Assembly: GCA_963778655.1 (NCBI GenBank)
Contig: CAVZVA010000012.1
Location: forward strand, 160,001 to 224,000
Direction: 5' to 3'
Origin: an uncultured delta proteobacterium
GTDB taxonomy: Bacteria; Myxococcota_A; Polyangia; Polyangiales; JAFGIB01
DNA length: 64,000 nt
The number at the start of each line of letters is the position of its first letter. Positions within the stretch are counted from its first letter, which is position 1. The notes under the pieces were generated by a model. It did no database searches and had not been told where the DNA came from. It saw only the letters and a program-made list of their open reading frames with translations. The position numbers and the translations under genes were made by a program. Below are positions 1 through 9,825 of this stretch, in pieces.

Positions 1-289
<289 letters not shown>

Positions 290-379
290 CGTTGCCGCCC
301 GCTCTGGATCTCGCCGAGGCCGGGGCCCAGCGGGGGGCTCATCCATGGTAGGATGGCGCCCGCGGAGCGTCCTTTTCCA

Positions 380-991
380 ATGCTCACACTCGGTCTTCTC
401 GCCTCACACCGCGGAAGCAACGCCCGCGCCGTGGTCGAGGCCTGCCGCTCGCAGCAGCTCCAGGCTCGTCCGGGCGTGGTGATCAGCAACAACGCGAAGT
501 CGGAGGTGCTCGAGCTCGCGAAGTCGGTGGGCGTGCCCGCGCTGCGGATCGGGGGCCCCGCCTACGAAGACGACGCCGTGCGCGACCAGGCGATCCTGGC
601 CGCCTTGCAGTCTCACGGGGTCGAGCTGGTGCTGTTGCTCGGCTACATGAAGCTGCTCGGACCGCGCACGGTCGAGGCCTACCGCGGGCGCATCCTCAAC
701 ACGCATCCGGCGCTGCTGCCGAAGTTCGGCGGCAAGGGCATGTACGGGAGCCGTGTGCACCAGGCGGTTCTCGACGCGGGCGAGAAGGAGACCGGCGTGA
801 CGGTCCACCTGGTCGACGAGCGCTACGACCACGGTCCCACCGTCGCCCAGACCCGGGTGCCCGTGCTCCCGGGGGATTCGGTCGAGTCGCTGGCCGAGCG
901 CGTGATCACGCGCGAGCGCGCGTTCGTGGTCGAAACGCTCCAGCGCATCGTCGGCGCAGAGATCGCGTTGCCGGGTTTGCAGCGGTCGTAG
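380..991 (+). CDS. purN: Phosphoribosylglycinamide formyltransferase
   Basis: LASHRGSN, LLGYMKLL, ILNTHPALLPKFGG and TGVTVHLVDERYDHGP motifs; start taken at MLTLG. Confidence 0.92.
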   Translation: MLTLGLLASHRGSNARAVVEACRSQQLQARPGVVISNNAKSEVLELAKSVGVPALRIGGPAYEDDAVRDQAILAALQSHGVELVLLLGYMKLLGPRTVEAYRGRILNTHPALLPKFGGKGMYGSRVHQAVLDAGEKETGVTVHLVDERYDHGPTVAQTRVPVLPGDSVESLAERVITRERAFVVETLQRIVGAEIALPGLQRS

Positions 992-1052
992 ACCCCGACC
1001 CGCCGGCCGCTCGGGACGCGTTCTGGAGCGAGGCCTGCGGCCATCTGTCTCC

Positions 1053-1098
1053 TTGCGCTATACGCATCGGTCGCCCCATCATGTTGCGGTCTTCGCAA
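1053..1098. promoter_or_regulatory. Second tandem IlvY-type operator pair directly upstream of ilvY
   Basis: TTGCGCTATACGCAT (1053-1067) and TTGCGGTCTTCGCAA (1084-1098), again 31 bp apart and in the same order as at 244-289. Confidence 0.6.
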
Positions 1099-1109
1099 CT
1101 CAGCTTGCC

Positions 1110-1991
1110 GTGGATCTCGACGCCCTGCGCCACTTCCTGCACCTCTCGCGAAGCCTGCACTTCGGGCAGACCAGCCGCGAGCAGCACATCAGCCCGTCCG
1201 CGCTCAGCCGTTGCATCCAGCGCCTCGAGCAGGAGCTCGGCGCCGTGCTGCTGCGGCGCGACAACCGCCGCGTCGAGCTGACCGCGGCCGGGGTCCAGCT
1301 CCAGCGCTACGCCAGCGAGACCCTGGCCGCCTTCGACCGCATGCGCGAGCAGCTCCACGGTGATCCTCGTTCCCTGCGCGGCACCCTCTCGCTGTTTTGC
1401 TCCGTCACTGCCGCGCACAGCTTCCTGCCCTCCCTGCTCGGCCGCTTTCGCCAGGCCTATCCCGACGTCACCATCCGTCTCGACACCGGCGACGCCGTCA
1501 GCGCGCTCGCCGTGCTGCGTCAGGATCGTGTCGACGTCAGCGTGGCGGCGCTGCCCGAGCGGGTGCCGGCGTCGCTGCTCGCGCGCGTCATCACCTACAC
1601 GCCGCTGCTGTTCGTCGCGCCGCGCGCCGAGTGCGAGGTCAGCCGCATGGTCGAGCGCGATCCGATCGACTGGGCGGCCGTGCCCATGATCCTGCCCGAG
1701 GCCGGCCTGGCCCGGCAGAGCGTCGACCGCTGGTTTCGCGCCCGGCGCGTCTCCGCGCGGGTGTACGGCGAGGCGCTCGGCAACGAGGCCGCCCTCTCCC
1801 TGGTCAGCCTCGGCTGCGGGGTCGGCATCGTCCCCGGCCTGGTCATGGAAAAGAGCCCGCTCCGCAGTCAGGTGCGCAGCCTCGACGTGCGACCGCGGCT
1901 GCCCGATTTCCGCGTCGGCCTGTGCACCAAGCGCAAGAACCTCGCTTCGCCTATCGTGCGCGCGTTCTGGGAATCGATTTCGGAGGGCTGA
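1110..1991 (+). CDS. ilvY: LysR-family transcriptional activator IlvY
   Basis: HTH region LHFGQTSREQHISPSALSRCIQRLE…RDNRRVELT, plus LFCSVTA and LSLVSLGCGVGIVP typical of IlvY; GTG start; close to ilvC. Confidence 0.85.
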   Translation: MDLDALRHFLHLSRSLHFGQTSREQHISPSALSRCIQRLEQELGAVLLRRDNRRVELTAAGVQLQRYASETLAAFDRMREQLHGDPRSLRGTLSLFCSVTAAHSFLPSLLGRFRQAYPDVTIRLDTGDAVSALAVLRQDRVDVSVAALPERVPASLLARVITYTPLLFVAPRAECEVSRMVERDPIDWAAVPMILPEAGLARQSVDRWFRARRVSARVYGEALGNEAALSLVSLGCGVGIVPGLVMEKSPLRSQVRSLDVRPRLPDFRVGLCTKRKNLASPIVRAFWESISEG

Positions 1992-2011
1992 TTTGCTACA
2001 ACCTCGGTTGC

Positions 2012-2863
2012 ATGCGGCGCGTCGGCATTTCGAGCGGTGCGCCTTGGGAAGCCAAGGTGGGCTATGCACGGCTGGTCAAGCTGGGCAGGCAGATCTATGT
2101 CAGCGGCACGACCGCGCTCGATCCCGACGGCGAGCTGGTCGGCGTCGGCGATGCCTACGTGCAGACCGTGCAATGCCTGCGCAATATCGAGCACGCGTTG
2201 CAGCAGGTGGGCTCGGGTTTGTGGGACGTGGTCCGCACGCGCATGTTCGTCATCGATATCACGCGCGACTTCGACTTGATCGGGCGAGCACACGCCGAGC
2301 TGCTCGGCGCGGTCAAACCGGCCACCAGCATGCTGCAGATCAGCGCGCTGGTCGATCCGCGCATGCTGATCGAGATCGAAGCCGACGCGGTGCTGGGCGC
2401 GGGCCACGGCGCAGCCGGCGAGCGGCCGCGCATCGCGCTGGCCACGATCGAGCCCGACTCGGACCTGGCCGCGATGCTCGCGTCGGTCGACCTGCCCCTG
2501 CCGGCCGAGGGTGATTCCGTCACCATGCTCAAGGCGTACCTGGGCGGCGAGCTGGTCGGCTGCGTCGGTTATGGGCGACACGGCAGCAATGCCGTGCTGC
2601 ACTCGCTGGTCGTCATCCGCGAGGCCAAGGGTGAAGGCGTGGGGCGCGCCCTGGTGCATAGCGTGGTCGAGCGGCTGCGCCGGGCCGGCGTGGGGCACGT
2701 CTACCTCGCCACCACCGACACGGCGCGCTACTTCGGCTATCTCGGCTTCACGCCGGTGGCCCGTGAGGCGATCGCGCCGGAGCTGCTGGCGTCGCCGGAG
2801 CTCGCCCAGTACGCCGACGGCGAGGCCACCTTCATGCGCTACACGATCGCCCCCGGCGGGTAG
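2012..2863 (+). CDS. RidA/YjgF-family domain fused to a GNAT N-acetyltransferase domain
   Basis: N-terminal WEAKVGYAR…IYVSGTT…VVRTRMFV…PATSM…IEIEADA (Rid family); C-terminal LHSLVV…KGEGVGRALV…YLATTDTARYFGYLGF (GNAT). Confidence 0.8.
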   Translation: MRRVGISSGAPWEAKVGYARLVKLGRQIYVSGTTALDPDGELVGVGDAYVQTVQCLRNIEHALQQVGSGLWDVVRTRMFVIDITRDFDLIGRAHAELLGAVKPATSMLQISALVDPRMLIEIEADAVLGAGHGAAGERPRIALATIEPDSDLAAMLASVDLPLPAEGDSVTMLKAYLGGELVGCVGYGRHGSNAVLHSLVVIREAKGEGVGRALVHSVVERLRRAGVGHVYLATTDTARYFGYLGFTPVAREAIAPELLASPELAQYADGEATFMRYTIAPGG

Positions 2864-2873
2864 TGCACTAGCC

Positions 2874-4130
2874 GTGAAGATCGTCCACGCGGCCGACCTG
2901 CACATCGACAGCCCGTTGCGCGGCCTGTTGCGCTACGAGGGAGCGCCGGTTTCGGAGCTGCGCAACGCCACGCGTCGCGCCTTCGAGAACCTGATCGGGC
3001 TGTGCCTGCGGGAGCAGGCCTCGCTGCTGTTGCTCGCCGGAGACCTGTTCGACGGCGACTGGAGGGACTACTCGACGGGCTTGTTCTTCGCCGCGCAGAT
3101 GACCCGCTTGCGGGAGGCGGGCGTCGCGGTGGTGAGCTTGCGCGGCAACCACGACGCCCAGAGCCAGATCAGCAAGGAGCTGCGACTGCCCGAAAATGTG
3201 CAAGAGCTGTCCACGCGCAAGCCGCAGAGCGTGCTGTTCGAGCAGCTCGGCGTGGCCGTGCACGGCCAGGGCTTCGCGCGGCGCGAGGTGCCCGAGGATC
3301 TCGCCGCCGGTTATCCCGCGCCGGTGGCTGGGATGTTCAACGTGGGTCTGTTGCACACCTCGCTCACCGGCCGCCCCGGCCACGCGCCGTACGCGCCGAC
3401 CACGCTCGAGGTGCTGCGCGGCAAGGGCTATGACTACTGGGCGCTCGGCCACGTGCACGCTCGTGAGGTGGTGTGCGAGCAGCCGCTGGTTGTCTTCCCG
3501 GGCAATCTGCAGGGCCGCCACGCGCGCGAGACCGGACCCAAGGGCGCGACGCTGATCGAGCTGCAAGACGGCCGCGCCGAGGCGCGCCACGAGGTGCTCG
3601 ACGCGGTGCGCTGGTGCGTGTGCGAGATCGACGCGAGCGGCGCTGGCTCTGCACACGACGTGGTGGACTTGACGCAAGCCGAGCTCGGGCGCCAGGCCGT
3701 CGAGGCGGGCGGCCGGCTGTTGGCCGCGCGCGTGGTCCTGCACGGCGAGAGCCGCGCGCACGCCGAGCTCGCGCGGGAGCCCGAGCGCTGGCGGGCGGAG
3801 CTCGAGCGCTGCGCGCTCTCGGTCTCCGAGGGTGCGGTCTGGCTCGAGCAGGTGCGTCTGGCCACGCGCGGGCCCCTGCAGGGCGCGGAGCTGGCGGAGC
3901 GCGACGACGCGATCGGACAGCTCGCCGCCGCCCTGCAGGCGCTCGCCGCCGACCCTGCAGCCTGCGCCGAGCTGCCTCTGCTGTTCGCCGAGCTCAAGCG
4001 CAAGCTGCCGCGCGAGGCCACCGAGGGTGAAGACGGCCTGCGCCTCGACGATCCGGCGTTCTTCGCCGCACTGCTGCCGGAGGTGCGCGACCTGCTGCTG
4101 TCGCGCCTGCTCGAGGGAGGCCGCCGGTGA
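2874..4130 (+). CDS. Mre11/SbcD-like metallophosphoesterase nuclease (YhaO-like)
   Basis: HAADLHIDS, AGDLFD, GNHD, LLHT, YWALGHVH and FPGNLQGRH motifs; GTG start. Confidence 0.9.
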   Translation: MKIVHAADLHIDSPLRGLLRYEGAPVSELRNATRRAFENLIGLCLREQASLLLLAGDLFDGDWRDYSTGLFFAAQMTRLREAGVAVVSLRGNHDAQSQISKELRLPENVQELSTRKPQSVLFEQLGVAVHGQGFARREVPEDLAAGYPAPVAGMFNVGLLHTSLTGRPGHAPYAPTTLEVLRGKGYDYWALGHVHAREVVCEQPLVVFPGNLQGRHARETGPKGATLIELQDGRAEARHEVLDAVRWCVCEIDASGAGSAHDVVDLTQAELGRQAVEAGGRLLAARVVLHGESRAHAELAREPERWRAELERCALSVSEGAVWLEQVRLATRGPLQGAELAERDDAIGQLAAALQALAADPAACAELPLLFAELKRKLPREATEGEDGLRLDDPAFFAALLPEVRDLLLSRLLEGGRR

Positions 4131-7100
4131 GGCTGCTCGAGCTCAGGCTGCTCGCTTACGGCGCGTTCACCGATCTGCAGCTCGACTTCTCGCGTCCGGC
4201 GCCGGCCTTGCATCTGATCTACGGGCCGAACGAAGCCGGCAAGAGCACGACCCTGCGCGCGATCCTGGGTCTGCTCTACGGCATCGACGAGCGCACTTCG
4301 GACGCCTATCTGCACCGGCGCGAGCAGCTGCGGATCGGCGGCCGCCTGCGCGACGCGGCGGGCCACGAGCTCAGCTGCGTGCGGCGCAAGGGCAAGAAGG
4401 ACACCCTGCTCGGCCCGAACGGCAAGCCAATCGACGAGGCGCGGCTCTCGCGCATGCTGGGCGGCCTGCCCGAGGCCGTGTTCGTCGGCATGTTCGGCCT
4501 CGACCACGAACGGCTGCGCAAGGGCGGCGAGCAGCTGCGGCTGGGCCAGGGCGACCTCGGGGAGAGCCTGTTTCAGGCGGGGCTCGGCGCGCGCGGCATC
4601 CACGAGGCGCTGGGCGCGCTCGACGCCGAGGCCGGCGCGCTGTTCGCGCCGCGCGGCCGCCGCGCCTTGAACGAGGCGCTCAAGAGCTACGAGGACGCGC
4701 GCCGGCGCGTGCGCGACCACGCCAAGCGCGCGGAGGGTTTCCGCGCGCAGGAGCAAGAGCTGGAGCAGGCGAAGGCGCGTGCCGCGGAGCTGCACGAGCA
4801 GCGCCGCGCCCTGCTCGCCGAGCAGAGCCGGCTGCAGCGCGCGCAGCGCGTGGTGCCGCGCCTGGCCAAGCGGGCTGCGCTGCTACAGCGGCGCGCCGAG
4901 CTCGGCGACGTGGTGCCGCTGCCGCCCGGCGCCGAGCAGGAGCGCAGGCGCGCGCAGGCTGCGCTCGCGCACAGCGAGACGCAGGCGGCTTGGCTGCAGG
5001 CGGCGATCGACCGGCTGGAGAAGAGCCGAGCCGGCCTGCGCGTGGTCGAGTCACTGCTGGGCCTGAGCCCGGAGCCGGTCGCCGAGATCCGCATGCGGCT
5101 CGGAAGCCAGCTCAAGGCCGAGAAGGATCTGCCCGGGCGGCGCGCCGAGCTGCGCGTGCTCGAGCAGCGCGCGCTCGCGCTGCTGCGCTCGCTCGGCAGC
5201 GAACAGCCTCTCGAAGGCGTCGAGCAGCTGCGCGTCGACGTGCAGACCCAGACCCGCATCAGGCAGCTCGCGCACGAGCGCAGTGGCCTGCACGAGCGCG
5301 CGCAGGCCGCGCAGCGCGAGATCGAGGAGGCCGACGCCGCGTTCGAGCAGGCGCGCGCTGAGCTGGCCGCGCTGCCCGCGCTGCCCGGCGCCGGCCCGCC
5401 TGTGTTGGACGCTGCCACGCTGCCGAGCGGGAGCGCCGTGGCCGAGCTGCGCGAGGGCTTCGAGCGCATCGAGCACAGGCGCGGCTCGCAGCAGCAAGCG
5501 CAGGCGAAGCTCGAAGCGCGTGAGGCCCGCGTGCGGCTGGAGCTCGGTGCGATGCAGCGCGAGGGGCCGCCGCCGACCGAGGCCGAGCTGGAGGCGGCGC
5601 GCACACAGCGCGGCGAGCTGTGGCAGGGAGTACGCACCGCGATCTCGTCCGCGGCCGCGCCCGAGCCCACGCTGTTGCTGCAGTTCGAGCACGAGCAGCG
5701 CCGCGCCGACGAGCTGGCCGACCGCCTGCGCCGCGAGACCCGCCGCGTCTCGGAGCTGGCGCGTCTGCTGAGCGAGCGCGACGAGCTCGAACGGGAGCGC
5801 GCGCAGCTACGAATGCAGGCGGACGCGCTCGCGCAGGAGCAGGCCGCGCTGGCCCGGCAATGGCAGCAGGCGTGGGAACCGCTGCGCGTGCGTCCGCGCG
5901 CACCGGCGGAGATGCAGGCATTGCTCGGACGCGTGGCCGCGCAGTTGGAGGCCGGAGAGCGCGGGCGCGCCAAGGCGCAGCACAGGCAAGAGCTGGCCCG
6001 GCAGACGTTCGCGCGCTGGCAGGCGCAGTGGAGCGAGCTGATGGCGCGGCTGGGGCTGCGGGCCGACGCCAGCGTCGAGGAAGCCCAAGCCGTGCTCGAG
6101 GGCCTCGGCCGTCTATTCGCCGACGTCGACGGCATGCGCCAGCTCGAGCAGCGCATCGCGAAGATGGAGCGCGACGCCGAGCAGTTCGAGCGCGACGTGC
6201 GCGGGCTGGTCGCGCGGCACCTGCCCGAGCTCGGCGAGCTCGAGCCGGCGCGCGCTGCCGAGGAGCTCAGCCGGCGCTGCGACGAGGCGCGCACCAACCT
6301 GCAGCAACGCGAGCGCATCGACGAGGAGCTGCGCTCCAGCCGCGAGCGGCTCGCTGCGCTGCAAGCGCAGGCGGCCGAGGCGCGCCGCAATCTCGAGCTG
6401 CTGATGCACGCGGCCCACGTGGACGACATCGACGCGCTCGAGCCGGCCGAACGTCGAGCGCTCGAGGCCCGTGCCATCGAGCAGGAGCTGGTCGAGGTCG
6501 AGGACGAGCTGCTGCGGCAAGGCGAAGGTGCGGGCATCGAGGCGCTGATCGCGGAGACGGCCGTCTTCGACCGTGACCTGATCCGGGTGCGGCTCGAGGA
6601 CATCGCGGACGAGCTCGAGCGCGTCCACGACGAGCACGCCACCGCCGTACACCGCAGCGGCAGCCTGGAGAATGGGCTCGAGCTGCTCAAGCGCGACGAC
6701 GTCGCTGCCGAGGCGGCCTCCGAGGCCGAACAGCATCTGAGCCGGGTCAAGGCGCACGCCCACGGCTACGTTCGCAAACGACTGGCAGCCGAGCTCCTGC
6801 GCCGAGAGATGCGCCGCTACCGCGACGCCAACCAGGAGCCGCTGGTCGGCCGGGCCGCCGAGCTGTTCGCGCGCATGACGCTGGGCCGCTACCCCAAGCT
6901 GGTCGTAGACTACGGCGAGCACGACGAGCCAGCGCTGGTGTGCGTCGAGGCGCAAGGCAAGGCGGTGAAGGTCGAGGATTCTCAGCGAGGGCGCCCGCGA
7001 TCAGCTCTACCTCGCGCTGCGGGTCGCCAGCATCGAGCGCTTCGCTGCCCAGGTCGAGCCGATGCCGCTGGTGCTCGACGATGTGTTGATCGAGTTCGAC

Positions 7101-7280
7101 GATGAGCGCGCGCGGGCCGCGTTGCAGGTGTTGGGCGACCTGGCCGCCACCACCCAGGTGTTGTTTTTCACGCACCACGCGCGCATCGTCGAGCTCGCGC
7201 GCGAGACGCTGCCGGGGGCCGAGCTGGTCGAGCACCACCTCAGCGAGGAGCGCGTCCCGGCCCGCCTGGCGCTGGACTAG
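4127..7280 (+). CDS. SMC/Rad50-like coiled-coil ATPase (YhaN-like), interrupted by a +1 frameshift at ~6980
   Basis: Walker A GPNEAGKST followed by a long coiled coil. The ABC signature LSEGARDQLYLALR and Walker B PLVLDD lie in the next frame from 6981. GTGA overlap with the upstream nuclease gene. Confidence 0.85.
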
Positions 7281-7442
7281 TGCAGCGTCCGCGACATGGG
7301 ATCAAGGGATCGTGAGTGAGGTGGGTCCGAGCGCAAGGCGCCGCAGCGCAGGAATACTCCGTGTATTTCAAGCTGTGGCAACGCCGCGATCGGGCCCGCA
7401 TCGCTCGCGAGGATTGATGCTATCTCGCGGACGCTGCACTGG
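7277..7442. mobile_element. CTAG-bounded palindromic element (MITE-like), family A copy 1
   Basis: Terminal inverted repeats CTAGTGCAGCGTCCGCGA…TCGCGGACGCTGCACTGG; internal core GCAAGGCG…GCAGGAATAC…GTATTTCAAG…CAACGC shared with 37425-37593. Confidence 0.75.
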
Positions 7443-8403
7443 TGCTCTGACTGGCCTGCTGCTGCTCGAAGCGTCGCAGCAGCGCGCAGTACCGCATCTC
7501 GCCGGCCTCGCAGGCGCGCCGGAAGTAGTCGGCCGCGCGCGCGGGGTCGCGATCGGCGCCGAAACCGAGCTGATGACCGACGCCGGCGTTGCCGCAGCCG
7601 CGGCCATCGCCGAGCGTGCAGCCGCGGATGTTCCACATCTGCGCGAGCTTGGCGTTGCGCTCCACGCCTTCTCCGCTGGCGTACATCTCGCCGAGCAAGC
7701 TGCAGCCGCGCCCCAGCTCCAGCATGCAGGCGCTGTGGAATAGCTCCGAAGCGTGCTTGGGATCACGCGCGACGCCGTCGCCACGCCGCAGCATCATCCC
7801 GAGGTTCACGCAGCCCAGACCGTCGCCGGCCTTGCAACCGCTTTCCGAGTAGCCGTACGCGCGCGCCGCGTCGCGCGCCACGAACGTGCCGGTCAGGTAG
7901 AGCGAGCCCAAGCGGCTGCAGGCGCGGGCGGCGTTTCCATCGCACGCGCTGCGAAACAGGTCGACCGCGCGAGAGATGTCGCGCGGCACGGCCTGGCCTT
8001 CCTGGTACATCAGGCCGAGCTGCGCGCAGCCGTCTTCTTGATGGCGGTCGCACGCGCGCGCGTAGAGCTCGAAAGCCTGCTCCAGCTCGGGGCTGTTGCC
8101 CGCGCCCGCGCGGCCGGCGCGAAGCTTGTCACCGAGCGCGACACAGCTTGCGAGATCCCCGCCGTCGCAGCGGGTGCGCAGCTCACCGGCGTCTGCCTTG
8201 GGAGAAGCGGCGCGCCGCGCTGGCTGCGCTGGCGGGGCGGGCGCTTGCGCGGGCGCGGCGCTCTTGGGCGCGGGCTTCGCCGCCCGGTTGGAGCTGGAGA
8301 CTTCGCCGCGAGCGTGGCGCGCGGTGCCCGGTCCGCAGCCTGCGGCCACGCCCGCGAGCACCAGCACGGTCGCGCAGCGGCCGACACGGCTCGAACGGTT
8401 CAC
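7420..8403 (-). CDS. Sel1-like repeat lipoprotein
   Basis: About six repeats of the form AC…GC.xLG.MY..G.GV.RD…A; hydrophobic leader ending VAAGC; start uncertain (GTG at 8403). Confidence 0.8.
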   Translation of the reverse strand: MNRSSRVGRCATVLVLAGVAAGCGPGTARHARGEVSSSNRAAKPAPKSAAPAQAPAPPAQPARRAASPKADAGELRTRCDGGDLASCVALGDKLRAGRAGAGNSPELEQAFELYARACDRHQEDGCAQLGLMYQEGQAVPRDISRAVDLFRSACDGNAARACSRLGSLYLTGTFVARDAARAYGYSESGCKAGDGLGCVNLGMMLRRGDGVARDPKHASELFHSACMLELGRGCSLLGEMYASGEGVERNAKLAQMWNIRGCTLGDGRGCGNAGVGHQLGFGADRDPARAADYFRRACEAGEMRYCALLRRFEQQQASQSTSAASAR

Positions 8404-8553
8404 GCCGGCAATTCTCGCTCGCGCGGCGAACGCTGACCAGAACCACACCTGTGCGATCGTGGGTGCCCTGCGCATACTCTCGGTGTTCATACTCCCCATA
8501 ATGCTTTCAGCTTGTTAGCTTCTAGTCGATCTCGAATACTAGAGCTTAGCTGT

Positions 8554-9393
8554 ATGCGCCGCTGGGCGTTCGATGAGCCAGACACGACCGAGTATGCAGG
8601 CCATGGCACCAACGTCAGTGGCGTGCACTCGGCGTCTACCCGACCCGCTCCTTATGTCGAGGAGCAGGAGCGTGAGAACCGGCTTGTCGGCAGCATTCCG
8701 CTCGACGACCTCGGCGCCGACTTTCAGCCCATCGTCAACCTGCACACCGGCGAGACCCGCGGCTACGAAGTGCTGCCGCGTTGTCGTCGCGAAGGGTTGA
8801 CCGACCCGAGCGAGCTCTTCGCCCGCGCGATGTTCGAGAAGACGGTAGGCGACCTGGGCCGCGCGATTCGCGTCATCGCCACCCGCGAGTGCGCGGGCGC
8901 CGCGCTCTACATCCCCGTCCATCCCGCCGAGCTCAAGGATCGCTTTATCGTGCGGCCCGACGATCCGATCTGCAGGCACGACGCGCCGATCGTGTTGCAG
9001 CTCTCGCAGCCCACTTTGTCAGAGCTGGCGCAGCTGGTCGTCACCGAGCTGCGCGGCCGCAGCGGGGTGGCGTTCGCAATCGACGATCTCGGCGCGGGCC
9101 CCTCCACGCTCAAGCAGCTCGTCGACGTGGAGCCGACAGCCGTGAAGCTTGACCGGGATCTGATCGCGGGGATCGACCGCAGCGTGCGCAAGCAGACCGT
9201 GGTTCGCTTGCTGATCACCATGTGCGAGCAGCTGGGCGCGCACGTGATCGGCAAGGGCATCGACACCGACGCCGAGCTGACCGCCGCGCTCGACTGCGGG
9301 CTCATCTACGGGCAGGGCTACGTGCTGGGCGAGCCTTCCCCGCTGCCCACCATCTCGGCCTGGCCGCCCGGTGCCTCGACGGAAGGCTTCTGA
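8554..9393 (+). CDS. Stand-alone EAL-domain protein, probably catalytically degenerate
   Basis: FQPIV…YEVL, IDDLGAG, VKLDR and GQGY present; several metal-ligand and general-base residues are substituted. Confidence 0.8.
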   Translation: MRRWAFDEPDTTEYAGHGTNVSGVHSASTRPAPYVEEQERENRLVGSIPLDDLGADFQPIVNLHTGETRGYEVLPRCRREGLTDPSELFARAMFEKTVGDLGRAIRVIATRECAGAALYIPVHPAELKDRFIVRPDDPICRHDAPIVLQLSQPTLSELAQLVVTELRGRSGVAFAIDDLGAGPSTLKQLVDVEPTAVKLDRDLIAGIDRSVRKQTVVRLLITMCEQLGAHVIGKGIDTDAELTAALDCGLIYGQGYVLGEPSPLPTISAWPPGASTEGF

Positions 9394-9406
9394 AGTAAGC
9401 CTGCTG

Positions 9407-9436
9407 AAAAAAGGAAAGGCGGGCCGAAGCCCGCCT
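9407..9436 (-). terminator. Rho-independent terminator of the HU gene
   Basis: Minus strand reads AGGCGGGC-TTCG-GCCCGCCT followed by TTCCTTTTTT. Confidence 0.75.
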
Positions 9437-9504
9437 CCCTCAGAAGGCCCGACGCAAACGCCGCCCCCGTGTGCCCCTCGCGGCGAGCGTTTGCGCCGTC
9501 CGGC

Positions 9505-9825
9505 TCAGACCATGTCCTTCATCTTCTTGAGCGGGCGGACTTTGATGACCGTGCGGGCCGGCTTGGCCTTGAACATGGTCTTCTCGCCCGTGAACGGATT
9601 GATGCCCGGGTGTGCAGGTACGGCCTTCTTCTTGACGGTCGTGACCTTGAACAGGCCCGGCAGGGTGAAGGTGCCCGGGCCCTTCTTGCCGATGTGCCGC
9701 TTGATGAGAGTCGTGATCTCGTCCAGCACTGCGGCCGACTGCTTCCTCGACAGCCCGGTGTTGCCGGCGATCTCGGAGAGAATCTGAGTCTTGCTCATCG
9801 GTGATTGGATCGCGCCTTTTGCCAT
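9505..9825 (-). CDS. HU/IHF-family DNA-binding protein
   Basis: MSKTQILSEIA…FTLPGLFKV…GINPFTGEKTMFKAKPARTVIKVRPLKKMKDMV. Confidence 0.9.
   Translation of the reverse strand: MAKGAIQSPMSKTQILSEIAGNTGLSRKQSAAVLDEITTLIKRHIGKKGPGTFTLPGLFKVTTVKKKAVPAHPGINPFTGEKTMFKAKPARTVIKVRPLKKMKDMV

Noticed and set aside
4687..6750. 687-aa Ser/Arg-rich minus-strand ORF and the many similar long overlapping ORFs (e.g. 38521-40884, 12673-14109, 34254-36491)
   Set aside because: These are typical stop-poor antisense or alternative frames of high-GC genes, with no recognisable motifs.
2874..7280. SbcCD-like pair as an anti-phage defence island
   Set aside because: There are no neighbouring defence or mobility genes and no obvious compositional shift; it fits the widespread YhaO/YhaN repair-type pair.
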